From the NCBI GenBank assembly GCA_946185175.1, contig CAMHIH010000001.1, positions 1 through 32,597 on the forward strand: 32,597 bases of DNA, given 5' to 3'. The stretch is from an uncultured Candidatus Saccharibacteria bacterium (GTDB lineage Bacteria; Patescibacteriota; Saccharimonadia; Saccharimonadales; Saccharimonadaceae). Shown piece after piece: positions 18,762 to 27,618 of the stretch; the first letter of the stretch is position 1; each line of letters opens with the position of its first letter. Below the pieces are notes generated by a model. It was not told where the DNA came from. It saw only the letters and a program-made list of their open reading frames with translations, and searched no databases. The translations under genes and the position numbers were made by a program.

Positions 18762-20774
18762 ATGGCAGCAAACAAAAAACTCAAAATCCTGAAAATCGAC
18801 CCATGGCTTGAGCCATATGAAAATGATTTAGAATACCGCCTCCAACATTATCTAGACTTACGCAAGGAACTGGTAGGCAATGATGACTTAGCGAGCTTCG
18901 CTAATGGATACATGTATTTTGGTTTTTCGCGCACTAGTACTGGCTGGGTTTATCGCGAATGGGCACCCGGCGCCGACGAAATGCACCTGATTGGCGACTT
19001 TAATAATTGGGATCGCTGGTCGCATCCGATGCACCGCACGGAATCTGGAGTTTGGGAAATTAAACTCAAAGGTAAGGACGCATTGAAACATGGGCAAAAA
19101 ATCAAAGTCCAGGTAACACGCCGCGGTCGCAAATTCGATCGCATTCCGCTCTACATTCACCGCGTTGCACAAGATAAGCTTACGAAGGGTTTTGTCGGAG
19201 AAATTTGGGCCCCAGAAAAGGCTTTCCGTTGGACCGATAACGGATACCGTAATCGCAAAATCACGGCCCCATTGATATATGAGGCTCATGTCGGAATGGC
19301 GCAGGAAAAAGAAGCCATCGGCACCTATCGCGAATTTGCCGACAACATCTTACCGCGAATCGTAAAGGATGGCTATACGGCTATCCAATTAATGGCTATT
19401 CAAGAACACCCCTACTATGCCTCGTTTGGTTATCAAGTTTCAAATTTCTTTGCCGCATCTAGTTGGTACGGCGAACCCGATGATTTGAAGTACCTCGTAA
19501 ATAAGGCTCATAAATTAGGTTTGGCCGTCTTTTTGGATGTAGTACACTCACATGCCGTAAACAATACCGCCGAAGGTATTAATATGTTTGACGGCACGCA
19601 AACGCAATTCTTCCATGCCGGCAGTAAGGGAAATCACCCAGCCTGGGGGACTAAGTTATTCGATTACGCCAAACACGATGTAATCCACTTCTTGCTGTCT
19701 AATCTAAAATTCTGGATGGAAGAGTATCATTTTGACGGCTTTCGCTTCGATGGCGTTACGAGCATGATTTACCACCATCATGGTTTGGGTGTAGATTATA
19801 CGAGCTATAAACAATACTTCGACATCAGCACCGATACTGATGCGGTAGCTTATCTGCAGCTAGCCAATGCCTTAATCCATGAGATTAATCCAAACGCCGT
19901 GACAATTGCCGAGGAAATGAGCGGTATGCCTGGTATGTGTATCCCGATCCAAGACGGTGGCGTTGGTTTCGATTATCGCCTCGCGATGGGTGTACCAGAT
20001 TATTGGATTAAAACTCTAACCAAAGATAGCGACAACACGCGCAATATGAATCAGCTTTGGCATGAACTAAGTACACGCCGCCCCGGCGAGAAAAGTATTG
20101 GTTATTGCGAATCTCACGATCAAGCCCTGGTAGGAGACAAGACGATTATCTTCCGCATGGCGGACGCCGAAATGTACACTGGCATGAACAAGGACTATCA
20201 TTCATTATCGATGGACCGGGCAATCGATATGCATAAAATGGTCCGCTTTGTTACTCTAACTTTATCCTGCGAGGGCTACTTAAACTTCATGGGCAATGAG
20301 TTTGGACATCCAGAATGGATTGATTTTCCGCGTGAAGGCAACGGTTGGAGCTTTAAATATGCCAGGCGACAATGGTCACTGGCCGATAATGGCTTCCTGA
20401 AATACGAGTGGCTACAAAATTTCGACAACAAAATGATTGATTTTGCGAAGAAAAATAAGCTATTGCAAACAAATGAGGCACAAAACCTCTGGATTGATAA
20501 TCGCAACAAAATTATCGCTTTTGAGCGCGGGGGATTACTCTTTGCTTTTAATTTTCACCCTAATCGTTCGGCAAATAGCTTCTTCCTGCCGACTCACCCT
20601 ACTGGTGCTGGAAAATATAAGGCTATATTCTCTACCGACGATGAAGATTGCGGTGGCCAAGACCGGATTGACTACAAATATATCTACGAAACAAAGGACG
20701 AGCAAAAACGTGGCCAGGGATTCGAGATTTATCTGCCCTGCCGCACGGCCGTAGTTTTTAAAAAGCAGAAGTAA
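18762..20774 (+). CDS. glgB: 1,4-alpha-glucan branching enzyme, GH13 (eukaryote-like GH13_8 type)
   Basis: 670 aa with GH13 conserved regions DVVHSH, GFRFDGVTSM, AEEMSGMPG and ESHDQALVGDKT. Confidence 0.9.
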   Translation: MAANKKLKILKIDPWLEPYENDLEYRLQHYLDLRKELVGNDDLASFANGYMYFGFSRTSTGWVYREWAPGADEMHLIGDFNNWDRWSHPMHRTESGVWEIKLKGKDALKHGQKIKVQVTRRGRKFDRIPLYIHRVAQDKLTKGFVGEIWAPEKAFRWTDNGYRNRKITAPLIYEAHVGMAQEKEAIGTYREFADNILPRIVKDGYTAIQLMAIQEHPYYASFGYQVSNFFAASSWYGEPDDLKYLVNKAHKLGLAVFLDVVHSHAVNNTAEGINMFDGTQTQFFHAGSKGNHPAWGTKLFDYAKHDVIHFLLSNLKFWMEEYHFDGFRFDGVTSMIYHHHGLGVDYTSYKQYFDISTDTDAVAYLQLANALIHEINPNAVTIAEEMSGMPGMCIPIQDGGVGFDYRLAMGVPDYWIKTLTKDSDNTRNMNQLWHELSTRRPGEKSIGYCESHDQALVGDKTIIFRMADAEMYTGMNKDYHSLSMDRAIDMHKMVRFVTLTLSCEGYLNFMGNEFGHPEWIDFPREGNGWSFKYARRQWSLADNGFLKYEWLQNFDNKMIDFAKKNKLLQTNEAQNLWIDNRNKIIAFERGGLLFAFNFHPNRSANSFFLPTHPTGAGKYKAIFSTDDEDCGGQDRIDYKYIYETKDEQKRGQGFEIYLPCRTAVVFKKQK

Positions 20775-20832
20775 GGGTGGGCAAAACGTCTATCTTATGC
20801 TATAGTATTCAGAGAGATACCTTCTCAATAGT

Positions 20833-20909
20833 GGCACCATAGCTCAGCTGGTTAGAGCGTAGGACTCATAAGCCTAAGGTCACTGGTTCGATCCCAGTTG
20901 GTGCTACCA
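20833..20909 (+). tRNA. tRNA with CAU anticodon (elongator Met or lysidine-modified Ile2; not an initiator), CCA encoded
   Basis: Cloverleaf with the D-arm TAGCTCAGCTGGTTAGAGC, anticodon loop CTCATAA and T-arm GGTTCGATCCC. The anticodon stem has no three-GC run. TGcTATAGT promoter at 20798-20806. Confidence 0.88.
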
Positions 20910-20943
20910 TTGAGAGGGTATTTTCTTGTGCTAAAATAAGGAC

Positions 20944-21336
20944 ATGAAGACGAGAAAAGCATTTACTGTTCTAGAATTGATCCTTTGTATAGTGTTTGTG
21001 GGAATTTTCGTTGTGTTGTTCTTCTTCCAAAAGAACACCGTCGACGCGATGGATCGCGACGATCAGCGTAAAACAGCCATTAACGCGATGTATTACGCAC
21101 TCGAAGAAGGATATTACGAAGAAAACGGCTATTACCCAGAAAAGCTTGATAAGGCTGAGACTCTACGTTGGATAGATCCAAATTTGTTTACTGATCCGTG
21201 GGGAATTAACCTCTGGCAAGAAGGTGGCGACTATAAATACGAGGCAAGCGACTGTAAGGATGGCAAATGCAAACAATACACGCTACGCGCCGAAATGGAA
21301 AAGGAAGAAGATTACGTAAAATCTAACCGCCATTAA
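20944..21336 (+). CDS. Type IV pilin/pseudopilin-like protein
   Basis: 130 aa. The N-terminus MKTRKA/FTVLELILCIVFVGIFVV fits a class III prepilin signal (F+1, E+5, hydrophobic helix). TGcTAAAAT lies N6 upstream of the ATG. Confidence 0.7.
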   Translation: MKTRKAFTVLELILCIVFVGIFVVLFFFQKNTVDAMDRDDQRKTAINAMYYALEEGYYEENGYYPEKLDKAETLRWIDPNLFTDPWGINLWQEGGDYKYEASDCKDGKCKQYTLRAEMEKEEDYVKSNRH

Positions 21337-21363
21337 AAAATACCCCCACGAGGGGTATTTTTT
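21337..21363. terminator. Bidirectional intrinsic terminator between convergent genes
   Basis: Perfect 10-bp stem AAAATACCCC / GGGGTATTTT with loop CACGA, flanked by A and T runs. Confidence 0.8.
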
Positions 21364-21943
21364 ATTTCTTTGGACGCGTGTTCTGCACGAGTTTCGAAAT
21401 TTGATCAACCTCGTCGTGCGGAGTGTCAAGATACGGGAAGGTATATGTCGTTTCATCACCGACGGTCGCCATTCTGAGGGTTCCAATCTGGAATATATGA
21501 TCCCATAAGCTAGTTTGGCGATAGGAAACATCCTCAATTTTAGCGAGCTCAATAATGTTCGTGGAGTTATTAAATAAAGAGGTACGAATGGTCTGGATGG
21601 CGCGACGATTCGTAATATACATATGATTAGACTTGTAGATAGATTGGCCAACAATGCCGCAGAAAATTAACAAGAAATAGAGCGCTACAACACCGAGCGC
21701 CAAGTAGCCTTTAGAGGCGGCGTTAACATTGAAATACGAATTTTCAATCGTAGCCGTATTACTTAAAAGAATTACAGCGGTTGTCAAAGCAACCGCCAAA
21801 AAGCCAACGACGAACCAAATAACAATAATGCCGAGTTTCGAACGTTCGATACTCAGGATCACGTACTCATCTTCGGCTAAATCAATATTTGGGAATTCTT
21901 TCGCGCTGCGCGCATGCTTAATTTGAGATAGTTCCTTCTTCAC
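21362..21943 (-). CDS. Membrane protein with a bacterial PH (bPH_2 / YdbS-YdbT-like) domain
   Basis: 193 aa with two TMs followed by YITNRRAI...IEDVSYRQTSLWDHIFQIGTLRM, typical of bPH_2/DUF304. GTG start with a GGGAGAAG SD and an upstream TGtTAAAAT. Confidence 0.7.
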   Translation of the reverse strand: MKKELSQIKHARSAKEFPNIDLAEDEYVILSIERSKLGIIVIWFVVGFLAVALTTAVILLSNTATIENSYFNVNAASKGYLALGVVALYFLLIFCGIVGQSIYKSNHMYITNRRAIQTIRTSLFNNSTNIIELAKIEDVSYRQTSLWDHIFQIGTLRMATVGDETTYTFPYLDTPHDEVDQISKLVQNTRPKK

Positions 21944-22002
21944 TTCTCTTCTCCCGTTTTCTATATTTTAACATATTTTCAAGATTTTTGAATACGATTA
22001 TT

Positions 22003-22031
22003 TTGACATATTTGAGCATAAATGGTATAAT
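22003..22031 (+). promoter_or_regulatory. Consensus promoter TTGACA-17-TGgTATAAT for the protease-rimK operon
   Basis: TTGACA at 22003-22008, a 17-nt spacer, and TATAAT at 22026-22031 with an upstream TG. Confidence 0.65.
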
Positions 22032-22061
22032 TCGTTTGGTTTTAAAAAAGAGTTTAAAGCT

Positions 22062-22568
22062 ATGAAACAACTAAGTATGATTGGGCGTGACACCTATATT
22101 GACGTCATGAGTAATATCAAAAACGTCCCTGCAAAAATCGACACGGGCGCCGACGGCTCCGCAATTTGGGCTAGCGACATCCACCTCGATCGACAAGGTA
22201 GGCTTGTTTTTAAACTCTTCGATAAGGGTTCGCCTTTTTATACCGGCAAAGCAATCAAGCGCAAAGACTTTAGCGTCGCCAGCGTAAAAAGCGCCTCGGG
22301 AGATGTCACGATTAAGTTCAAGGTCCCAATCAGAATCAAGTTAGGCGGACGTGCTATTAGGGTCAATTTTGGCCTTTGCGACCGATCAACTCATACTTAC
22401 CCGGTTTTAATTGGCCGGCGTACACTGCATAATAAATTCTTAGTTGACGTAAGCCAATCACCGCAGTACATGAAGCCCCCATTAGACAAAACACTTTCAT
22501 TGAATCAAGAATTAAAAGCTAATCCGGAACAGTTTTATCAAAAATATTTCGTAAAAGAGGACTTATAA
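22062..22568 (+). CDS. RimK-associated retropepsin-like protease (ATP-dependent zinc protease/DUF785, RimB-like)
   Basis: 168 aa with AKIDTGADGSAIWA (DTGA aspartic-protease-like motif) and YPVLIGRRTL. It lies immediately upstream of rimK with a 1-nt gap. Confidence 0.75.
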   Translation: MKQLSMIGRDTYIDVMSNIKNVPAKIDTGADGSAIWASDIHLDRQGRLVFKLFDKGSPFYTGKAIKRKDFSVASVKSASGDVTIKFKVPIRIKLGGRAIRVNFGLCDRSTHTYPVLIGRRTLHNKFLVDVSQSPQYMKPPLDKTLSLNQELKANPEQFYQKYFVKEDL

Positions 22569-22569
22569 A

Positions 22570-23481
22570 ATGAAAATCGCTATTTTATCGAATGGTACAG
22601 GAAACTACTCGACCAAGCGTCTAAAGGAAGAGGCCGAGTTGCGCGGACATGAAGTAAAAGTTGTAAAATACAAAGACTGCTACGTTTCAATTGAGCCAAA
22701 CAAAAATTTAGTCTATTACAAAGGTAAACCGCTCCAACATTTCGATGCGATTATTCCACGCATCGCTTCACATATGACTAACTATGGCTGCATGATTGTG
22801 CGCCAGCTAGAGATGCAGGGAGAATATACCTTATCTCGCTCGCTCGCAATTACGCGTGCTCGTGACAAGCTACGCTCGATGCAGTTGCTCGCGAAGAACG
22901 ATATAGATATTCCAAAAACCGTGGTGTCACGCGACTCTGGCGATATCGACCAACTACTCGACCAGCTCGATGGCGCGCCAGTCATCATCAAGCTAGCTAG
23001 TGGTACGCACGGCAACGGTGTTGTCTTAGCCGAGACCAAGAAGGCGGCAAAATCTACACTCCAGGCCTTTTATCTCGCAAACGATAGTGGCACCAATATT
23101 CTGCTACAAGAATTCGTCAAGGAGTCTGCCGGCACCGATATTCGTGCTTTCGTAGTAGGCAGCAAAGTTGTCGCTAGCATGAAGCGCCAGAGTTTGGACG
23201 ATGATTTCCGCTCTAACCTCCACAAAGGTGGTAGCGGCACACCAATTAAGTTGACTCCACTCGAAGAAAAGGTTGCGGTTCGTTCCGCCAAAGCAATGGG
23301 CCTAAGCGTAGCCGGTGTTGATATTATGCGTTCCGCACGCGGACCACTCGTACTCGAGGTGAATGCATCACCGGGATTTGGTATCGAGAAAGTTACCGGC
23401 CGCAACGTTGCCGCGAAGATGATTGAATACGTTGAGCACAATGCAACCCGCACGCCGCATCGCGACCGCGTTGGCGCTTAA
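22570..23481 (+). CDS. rimK: ATP-grasp alpha-L-glutamate ligase, RimK family
   Basis: 303 aa with the ATP-grasp fold. The motifs PVIIKLASGTHGNGVVLAE, IRAFVVG and VAGVDIM...LVLEVNASPG match RimK. Confidence 0.88.
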   Translation: MKIAILSNGTGNYSTKRLKEEAELRGHEVKVVKYKDCYVSIEPNKNLVYYKGKPLQHFDAIIPRIASHMTNYGCMIVRQLEMQGEYTLSRSLAITRARDKLRSMQLLAKNDIDIPKTVVSRDSGDIDQLLDQLDGAPVIIKLASGTHGNGVVLAETKKAAKSTLQAFYLANDSGTNILLQEFVKESAGTDIRAFVVGSKVVASMKRQSLDDDFRSNLHKGGSGTPIKLTPLEEKVAVRSAKAMGLSVAGVDIMRSARGPLVLEVNASPGFGIEKVTGRNVAAKMIEYVEHNATRTPHRDRVGA

Positions 23482-23528
23482 AAATTGCCGCAACAGAGGT
23501 GCAGTAAAAAACCAAAAATGCTATAATC

Positions 23529-23993
23529 ATGCTTATGATTTTAGCCGTAGTCTTAGCTGCACTTCTTTTGTGTTTTCTCCTTGTAAAACATAATGTGGGG
23601 GTACCATTCTTGGCGATGATTGCTGGATTGGCGGTCTATGAAGCCTTTGGTGTTAGTTTTGCCACCACGATACATACTTGGGTTCCGGCCTGTGGTGAGG
23701 TTCTAGCTCAACACATCTTATATGGATTATTCGTAATATTAATTCCAATCCTACTCTATTTCCGAGCCGGTAAAAGTGGGCTTTTTGGTATTTTGCGTGT
23801 CGTAGAAAGTATTATTTTTGGCGCCATGCTAACCATCCTGGCTTCAGATATCCTAACTTATTACTTTAGCTTTGACACGATAGCAGTAGACATCGCTAAT
23901 TGGCTAGATGGCATTCGTGGCTACATCATGGTAGTGGGCATCATTCTGGCGTACGTAGATGTTTTCTTTTATCGTTCAGGTCAGTCTTTCTAA
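23529..23993 (+). CDS. Small polytopic membrane protein (about 4 TM); function unknown
   Basis: Hydrophobic 154 aa ORF. TGCTATAAT at 23519-23527 is N6 from the second ATG (23535), which is probably the true, leaderless start. Confidence 0.55.
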   Translation: MLMILAVVLAALLLCFLLVKHNVGVPFLAMIAGLAVYEAFGVSFATTIHTWVPACGEVLAQHILYGLFVILIPILLYFRAGKSGLFGILRVVESIIFGAMLTILASDILTYYFSFDTIAVDIANWLDGIRGYIMVVGIILAYVDVFFYRSGQSF

Positions 23994-24465
23994 GTTCCCA
24001 GAGCGCAATGCCAGCCGCGACGGAGACATTAAATGATTCTTTTTGACCACACATTGGAATTTCTAGTAATGCATCACACTGCGAGAGAATATCCTGCGGA
24101 ATGCCATGAACTTCTTCGCCTAGAATTAAGGCGATATTTTGTTCGTCCGAATACCCCTCCGCCAGATTAATCGAATGCTCGCCCTGTTCAAGGGCTACAA
24201 TACGATATTGTTGCTCTTTTAGTTCAGCAATAGTCTGCTGGATGTCTTCGGAGCGACCCCAAGTAACACTATCCTCGGCGCCAAGAGCGGTTTTGTGAAT
24301 CTGCTTCTTTAATTTGACCTGTTCGTGCGGCAGCCCTTTGTCAAGAAATGGTGTATAGCCGGCAAAAAGCACCTTATCTACTCCAAGGCCGTCACAGCTA
24401 CGCAAAATCGCGCCAACATTATAAGTGGAACGAATATTATACAGAATAACGATAAGCGTTTTCAT
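23941..24465 (-). CDS. SpoU/TrmH-family RNA 2'-O-methyltransferase
   Basis: 174 aa with the SPOUT motifs NVGAILRS, LILGEEVHGI and ESFNVSVAAGIALWEL. Confidence 0.85.
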   Translation of the reverse strand: MKTLIVILYNIRSTYNVGAILRSCDGLGVDKVLFAGYTPFLDKGLPHEQVKLKKQIHKTALGAEDSVTWGRSEDIQQTIAELKEQQYRIVALEQGEHSINLAEGYSDEQNIALILGEEVHGIPQDILSQCDALLEIPMCGQKESFNVSVAAGIALWELRKTDLNDKRKHLRTPE

Positions 24466-24479
24466 GATACAATGAAATT

Positions 24480-26090
24480 ATGAATGAGGAAGAGGTCCAG
24501 CGCAAGCGTAGGCAGAATGAAGAAGACGCGACTAGAAAGCGTGCCGGTATTTTGGGCATGGCCTATTTGGACACCCGTGATTTCGAAAAAGAATTTCCAT
24601 TAGTTCGCGACGTGCTCGACAAAAAGCAGATGCACGAAGATTTCATTATTCCTCTCCAAAAAGGCGCCGAATCACTCCCCTACCAGTTTATGGTAACCAG
24701 CCAGACGCCAAAGAGTCTGATTGATAAATTGTCCCAAACTTACGAAGACGAGGGCCAGCGTGTTGAATTTTACCTGATTTCGAATTCTGCTTATCAGGTC
24801 TTTATGTTGCGCCATGATCCGCCACAACAGGTGCATTATGACGATATTAAGATTGCCGACGAGGGCGATAGTGCTACGCTGGAAGCCGTTTCGCAAACTC
24901 TCGATCGAGTTTCTACCGACAAGGTATTCGACTACCTACTAGATCAGGCCGATAAGCTTGGCGCAAGCGACATCCATATTGAAAACCTACGCCACACAAT
25001 TCGAATCCGCATGCGTGTTGACGGTATTTTACACCCTGTCGCCGAAATTAGCCGCGACAAATACCGTATTTTCATGGGCGAGTTGAGTAGTCGCGCGAAC
25101 GTTTCGACTGCCTCAGTACGGCCACAATCTGGCCACATGCAGAAAGACATCACCCGCAACGGTGCTACTCACTTATTGAACATTCGTGTCGAGATGGTGC
25201 CAACCATGTACGGACAAGACGCCGTGCTGCGTCTATTCAATTTCGACGAAAGCTTACTTAACCTTGACTTATTGGGCATCACAGAAGAAGAGCGCGATAA
25301 AATCAATGATATTATCTCTCATCCGCGTGGCCTAATGTTAATGGTAGGTCCTACGGGTTCCGGTAAGTCCACTACTCTCTACTCAATCTTGAATGCCTTA
25401 AATACGACTGAACGAAAAATTATTACACTTGAGGATCCAATTGAATATGGTATCGGCGGTATTTCACAAATTCCGATTCAGACCAACCAGGGTGGCTCAT
25501 TCGCTGAAGGTCTACGCTCAGTTTTGCGTCTTGACCCTGACGTCGTGATGGTGGGTGAGATTCGCGATAACGATACGGCCCGCACGGCGATCCAGGCCTC
25601 AATTACCGGCCACTTAGTATTGTCCTCCTTCCACGCCAACTCCACTTCAGCGGCTTTTTCGCGTATGATCGACATGATTGGCGTCAATCCGATTTTCTCA
25701 TCTTCGATTCGTCTATTGATTGCACAGCGTTTAGTACGTAAACTAGCCGACAATAAAGAAGAATACAAGGCCGATAAAGCCACAACAGAATACATTAAAC
25801 GCGTATTAGACGGCGTCGACCACGATTATGACCTTGATGACATTACGCTCTATCGTGAAGTAAAGAGCGAGAAATACCCGTTCGGCTTCAATGGACGTAC
25901 GGCAATCATGGAGCAGATGGTTGTTAGCGAAGAAATCCAAAAGTTCATTCGTGGTGATGTGCGCTTTACAAACACCGAAATGATTGAAGAAGCTGCCAGA
26001 AAAGAAGGCCTGCTTACCCTTGAACAAAAAGGCGTTTTGGCTGCCCTGCGCGGCGATACGACGCTCGATGAAGTATCACGCGTAATTTAG
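24480..26090 (+). CDS. pilB: Type IV pilus / type II secretion assembly ATPase (PilB/GspE family)
   Basis: 536 aa with Walker A GPTGSGKSTT, an Asp box, Walker B VVMVGEIRD, a His box and a GspE_N-like N-terminus. TGaTACAAT lies N6 upstream of the ATG. Confidence 0.9.
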   Translation: MNEEEVQRKRRQNEEDATRKRAGILGMAYLDTRDFEKEFPLVRDVLDKKQMHEDFIIPLQKGAESLPYQFMVTSQTPKSLIDKLSQTYEDEGQRVEFYLISNSAYQVFMLRHDPPQQVHYDDIKIADEGDSATLEAVSQTLDRVSTDKVFDYLLDQADKLGASDIHIENLRHTIRIRMRVDGILHPVAEISRDKYRIFMGELSSRANVSTASVRPQSGHMQKDITRNGATHLLNIRVEMVPTMYGQDAVLRLFNFDESLLNLDLLGITEEERDKINDIISHPRGLMLMVGPTGSGKSTTLYSILNALNTTERKIITLEDPIEYGIGGISQIPIQTNQGGSFAEGLRSVLRLDPDVVMVGEIRDNDTARTAIQASITGHLVLSSFHANSTSAAFSRMIDMIGVNPIFSSSIRLLIAQRLVRKLADNKEEYKADKATTEYIKRVLDGVDHDYDLDDITLYREVKSEKYPFGFNGRTAIMEQMVVSEEIQKFIRGDVRFTNTEMIEEAARKEGLLTLEQKGVLAALRGDTTLDEVSRVI

Positions 26091-26099
26091 TGTGTCCAT

Positions 26100-26128
26100 T
26101 GACTTTTAATAGAGCTTATGCTATAATT
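26100..26128 (+). promoter_or_regulatory. Consensus promoter TTGACT-17-TGcTATAAT at the start of the rplS leader
   Basis: TTGACT at 26100-26105, a 17-nt spacer, and TATAAT at 26123-26128. A second extended -10 (TGcTAAAAT) lies at 26216-26224. Confidence 0.6.
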
Positions 26129-26136
26129 TTAAGTAT

Positions 26137-26162
26137 CCGAGCGGTATTCTCGGCTAGTTTTT
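26137..26162 (+). terminator. Terminator/attenuator-like hairpin (pilB terminator and/or rplS leader element)
   Basis: CCGAG-cggtatt-CTCGG followed by CTAGTTTTT. Confidence 0.45.
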
Positions 26163-26258
26163 GAGTAGAATCCGCTATATTCTTACGGTCACCCCTTTTC
26201 AAACTGGTAAAAATATGCTAAAATGAAGCAAGTTTTCAATATTAGGTAAAGGATAAAT

Positions 26259-26699
26259 ATGTCATTTGAATTATTACAAATGGTGGGAGATGCCCAGAAG
26301 AAAGGCGCCGTGATTGACGTTCGTACCGGCGATACCGTTCGTGTTTCCCAAAAAATTAAGGAAGGCGACAAGTTCCGTATTCAGGTTTTTGAAGGTACTG
26401 TCATCCGCGTAGATCGCAAACAATCACACACCGAACGTATCGTAGTTCGCAAAGTTACCTCTGGTGTTGGCGTTGAGAAGAGCTTCTTGATGCACAGCCC
26501 ACTCGTAGAAAAGGTTGAGATTGTCCGCCGTGGCAAAGTTCGCCGCAACAACTTACGTTACCTCCGCGAACGTTCTGGTAAGTCTGCACGTTTGACACAG
26601 AAAGATTTCGATCGCAAAGCTGTCAACGAACTTCCAGAAGAAGCCGCTGAAGCTCCAGCCGAGGAAGTTAAAGAAGAAGCCGAAAAGGCAGAAGCCTAA
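26259..26699 (+). CDS. rplS: 50S ribosomal protein L19 with an acidic, roughly 30-aa C-terminal extension
   Basis: 146 aa. RTGDTVRVSQKIKEGDKFRIQVFEGTVI and RRGKVRRNNLRYLR match the L19 core. The tail PEEAAEAPAEEVKEEAEKAEA is additional. Confidence 0.92.
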   Translation: MSFELLQMVGDAQKKGAVIDVRTGDTVRVSQKIKEGDKFRIQVFEGTVIRVDRKQSHTERIVVRKVTSGVGVEKSFLMHSPLVEKVEIVRRGKVRRNNLRYLRERSGKSARLTQKDFDRKAVNELPEEAAEAPAEEVKEEAEKAEA

Positions 26700-26700
26700 A

Positions 26701-27618
26701 TTGGCAATCTTAGGAATAGATGAAGTTGGAAGAGGCCCCTGGGCGGGGCCTCTTGTTGTTGGCGCCTGCGTTCTGGGTGATGCAAAAATTGAAGGCTTAA
26801 CCGATAGCAAAAAGCTAAGCGCCAAGAAGCGTGAGGCTCTGGCGAGCGAAATCAGCGAAAAATGCGAATATGGCCTGGGCTGGGTTTATACCGACGAGTT
26901 AGACAAAATCGGTCTTTCGGCAGCACTACGAAAGGCTTGTCGCGAAGCCGTTAAGCAAATCCGCGCACCATATAGTGAAATTATTATTGATGGCACCGTG
27001 AATTTTTTGAGCGATACGCAATTATCGCCATACGTGCAGGTATTAAAGAAAGCTGATTTATTAGTGCCGGAAGTTTCAGCGGCATCGATTATTGCAAAGG
27101 TGGCAAGAGACCGTTACATGACGGAAATTGCGAAAAAATATCCGTTTTACGGCTTTGAAAAACATGTAGGCTACGGCACGGCAGCACATAAAGCGGCGAT
27201 TGAAAAATATGGCATCTGTCCAGAACATCGCAAGAGTTTCAAACCAATTACAGAAACATTGGGTAATAAAACCGAAAAAGCAGCACGGAGTGGCGATATC
27301 GCCGAGCAAAAGGTGGCGGATTTTCTGAAAGCACATGGGCATGCAATTCTGGCACGCAATTGGCGAACAAAATACTGCGAGATTGATATCGTATCACAAA
27401 AAGATGATGTGTTTTATTTCACCGAAGTAAAGTTCCGACGCAACACAAAAGATAATGACGGATTAGATGCAATCACAAAGCGAAAGCTCGGCAAAATGCA
27501 ACTTGGCGCAATGAGTTTTGCGCAAGACAACGGGCTCCAGAACAACAAACTGCAATTGATGGCGGCAGCGGTGAGTGGGGATAATTACCAAATTACGAAT
27601 CTGATAGTCCTACGGTAG
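26701..27618 (+). CDS. rnhB: Ribonuclease HII fused to a YraN/UPF0102-family endonuclease domain
   Basis: Residues 1 to about 185 have the RNase HII motifs GIDEVGRGPWAGPLVV and SAASIIAKVARD. Residues from about 195 to 305 match YraN: GDIAEQKVADFLKAHGHAILARNWRTKYCEIDIV...FYFTEVKFR. It is a single uninterrupted ORF with a TTG start 1 nt after the rplS stop. Confidence 0.85.
   Translation: MAILGIDEVGRGPWAGPLVVGACVLGDAKIEGLTDSKKLSAKKREALASEISEKCEYGLGWVYTDELDKIGLSAALRKACREAVKQIRAPYSEIIIDGTVNFLSDTQLSPYVQVLKKADLLVPEVSAASIIAKVARDRYMTEIAKKYPFYGFEKHVGYGTAAHKAAIEKYGICPEHRKSFKPITETLGNKTEKAARSGDIAEQKVADFLKAHGHAILARNWRTKYCEIDIVSQKDDVFYFTEVKFRRNTKDNDGLDAITKRKLGKMQLGAMSFAQDNGLQNNKLQLMAAAVSGDNYQITNLIVLR

Noticed and set aside
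23941-23993. Convergent 3' overlaps (23941-23993; also 14753-14789 and 27593-27618) as regulatory antisense arrangements
   Set aside because: Short convergent overlaps are common in compact genomes, and no additional signal supports a special mechanism.
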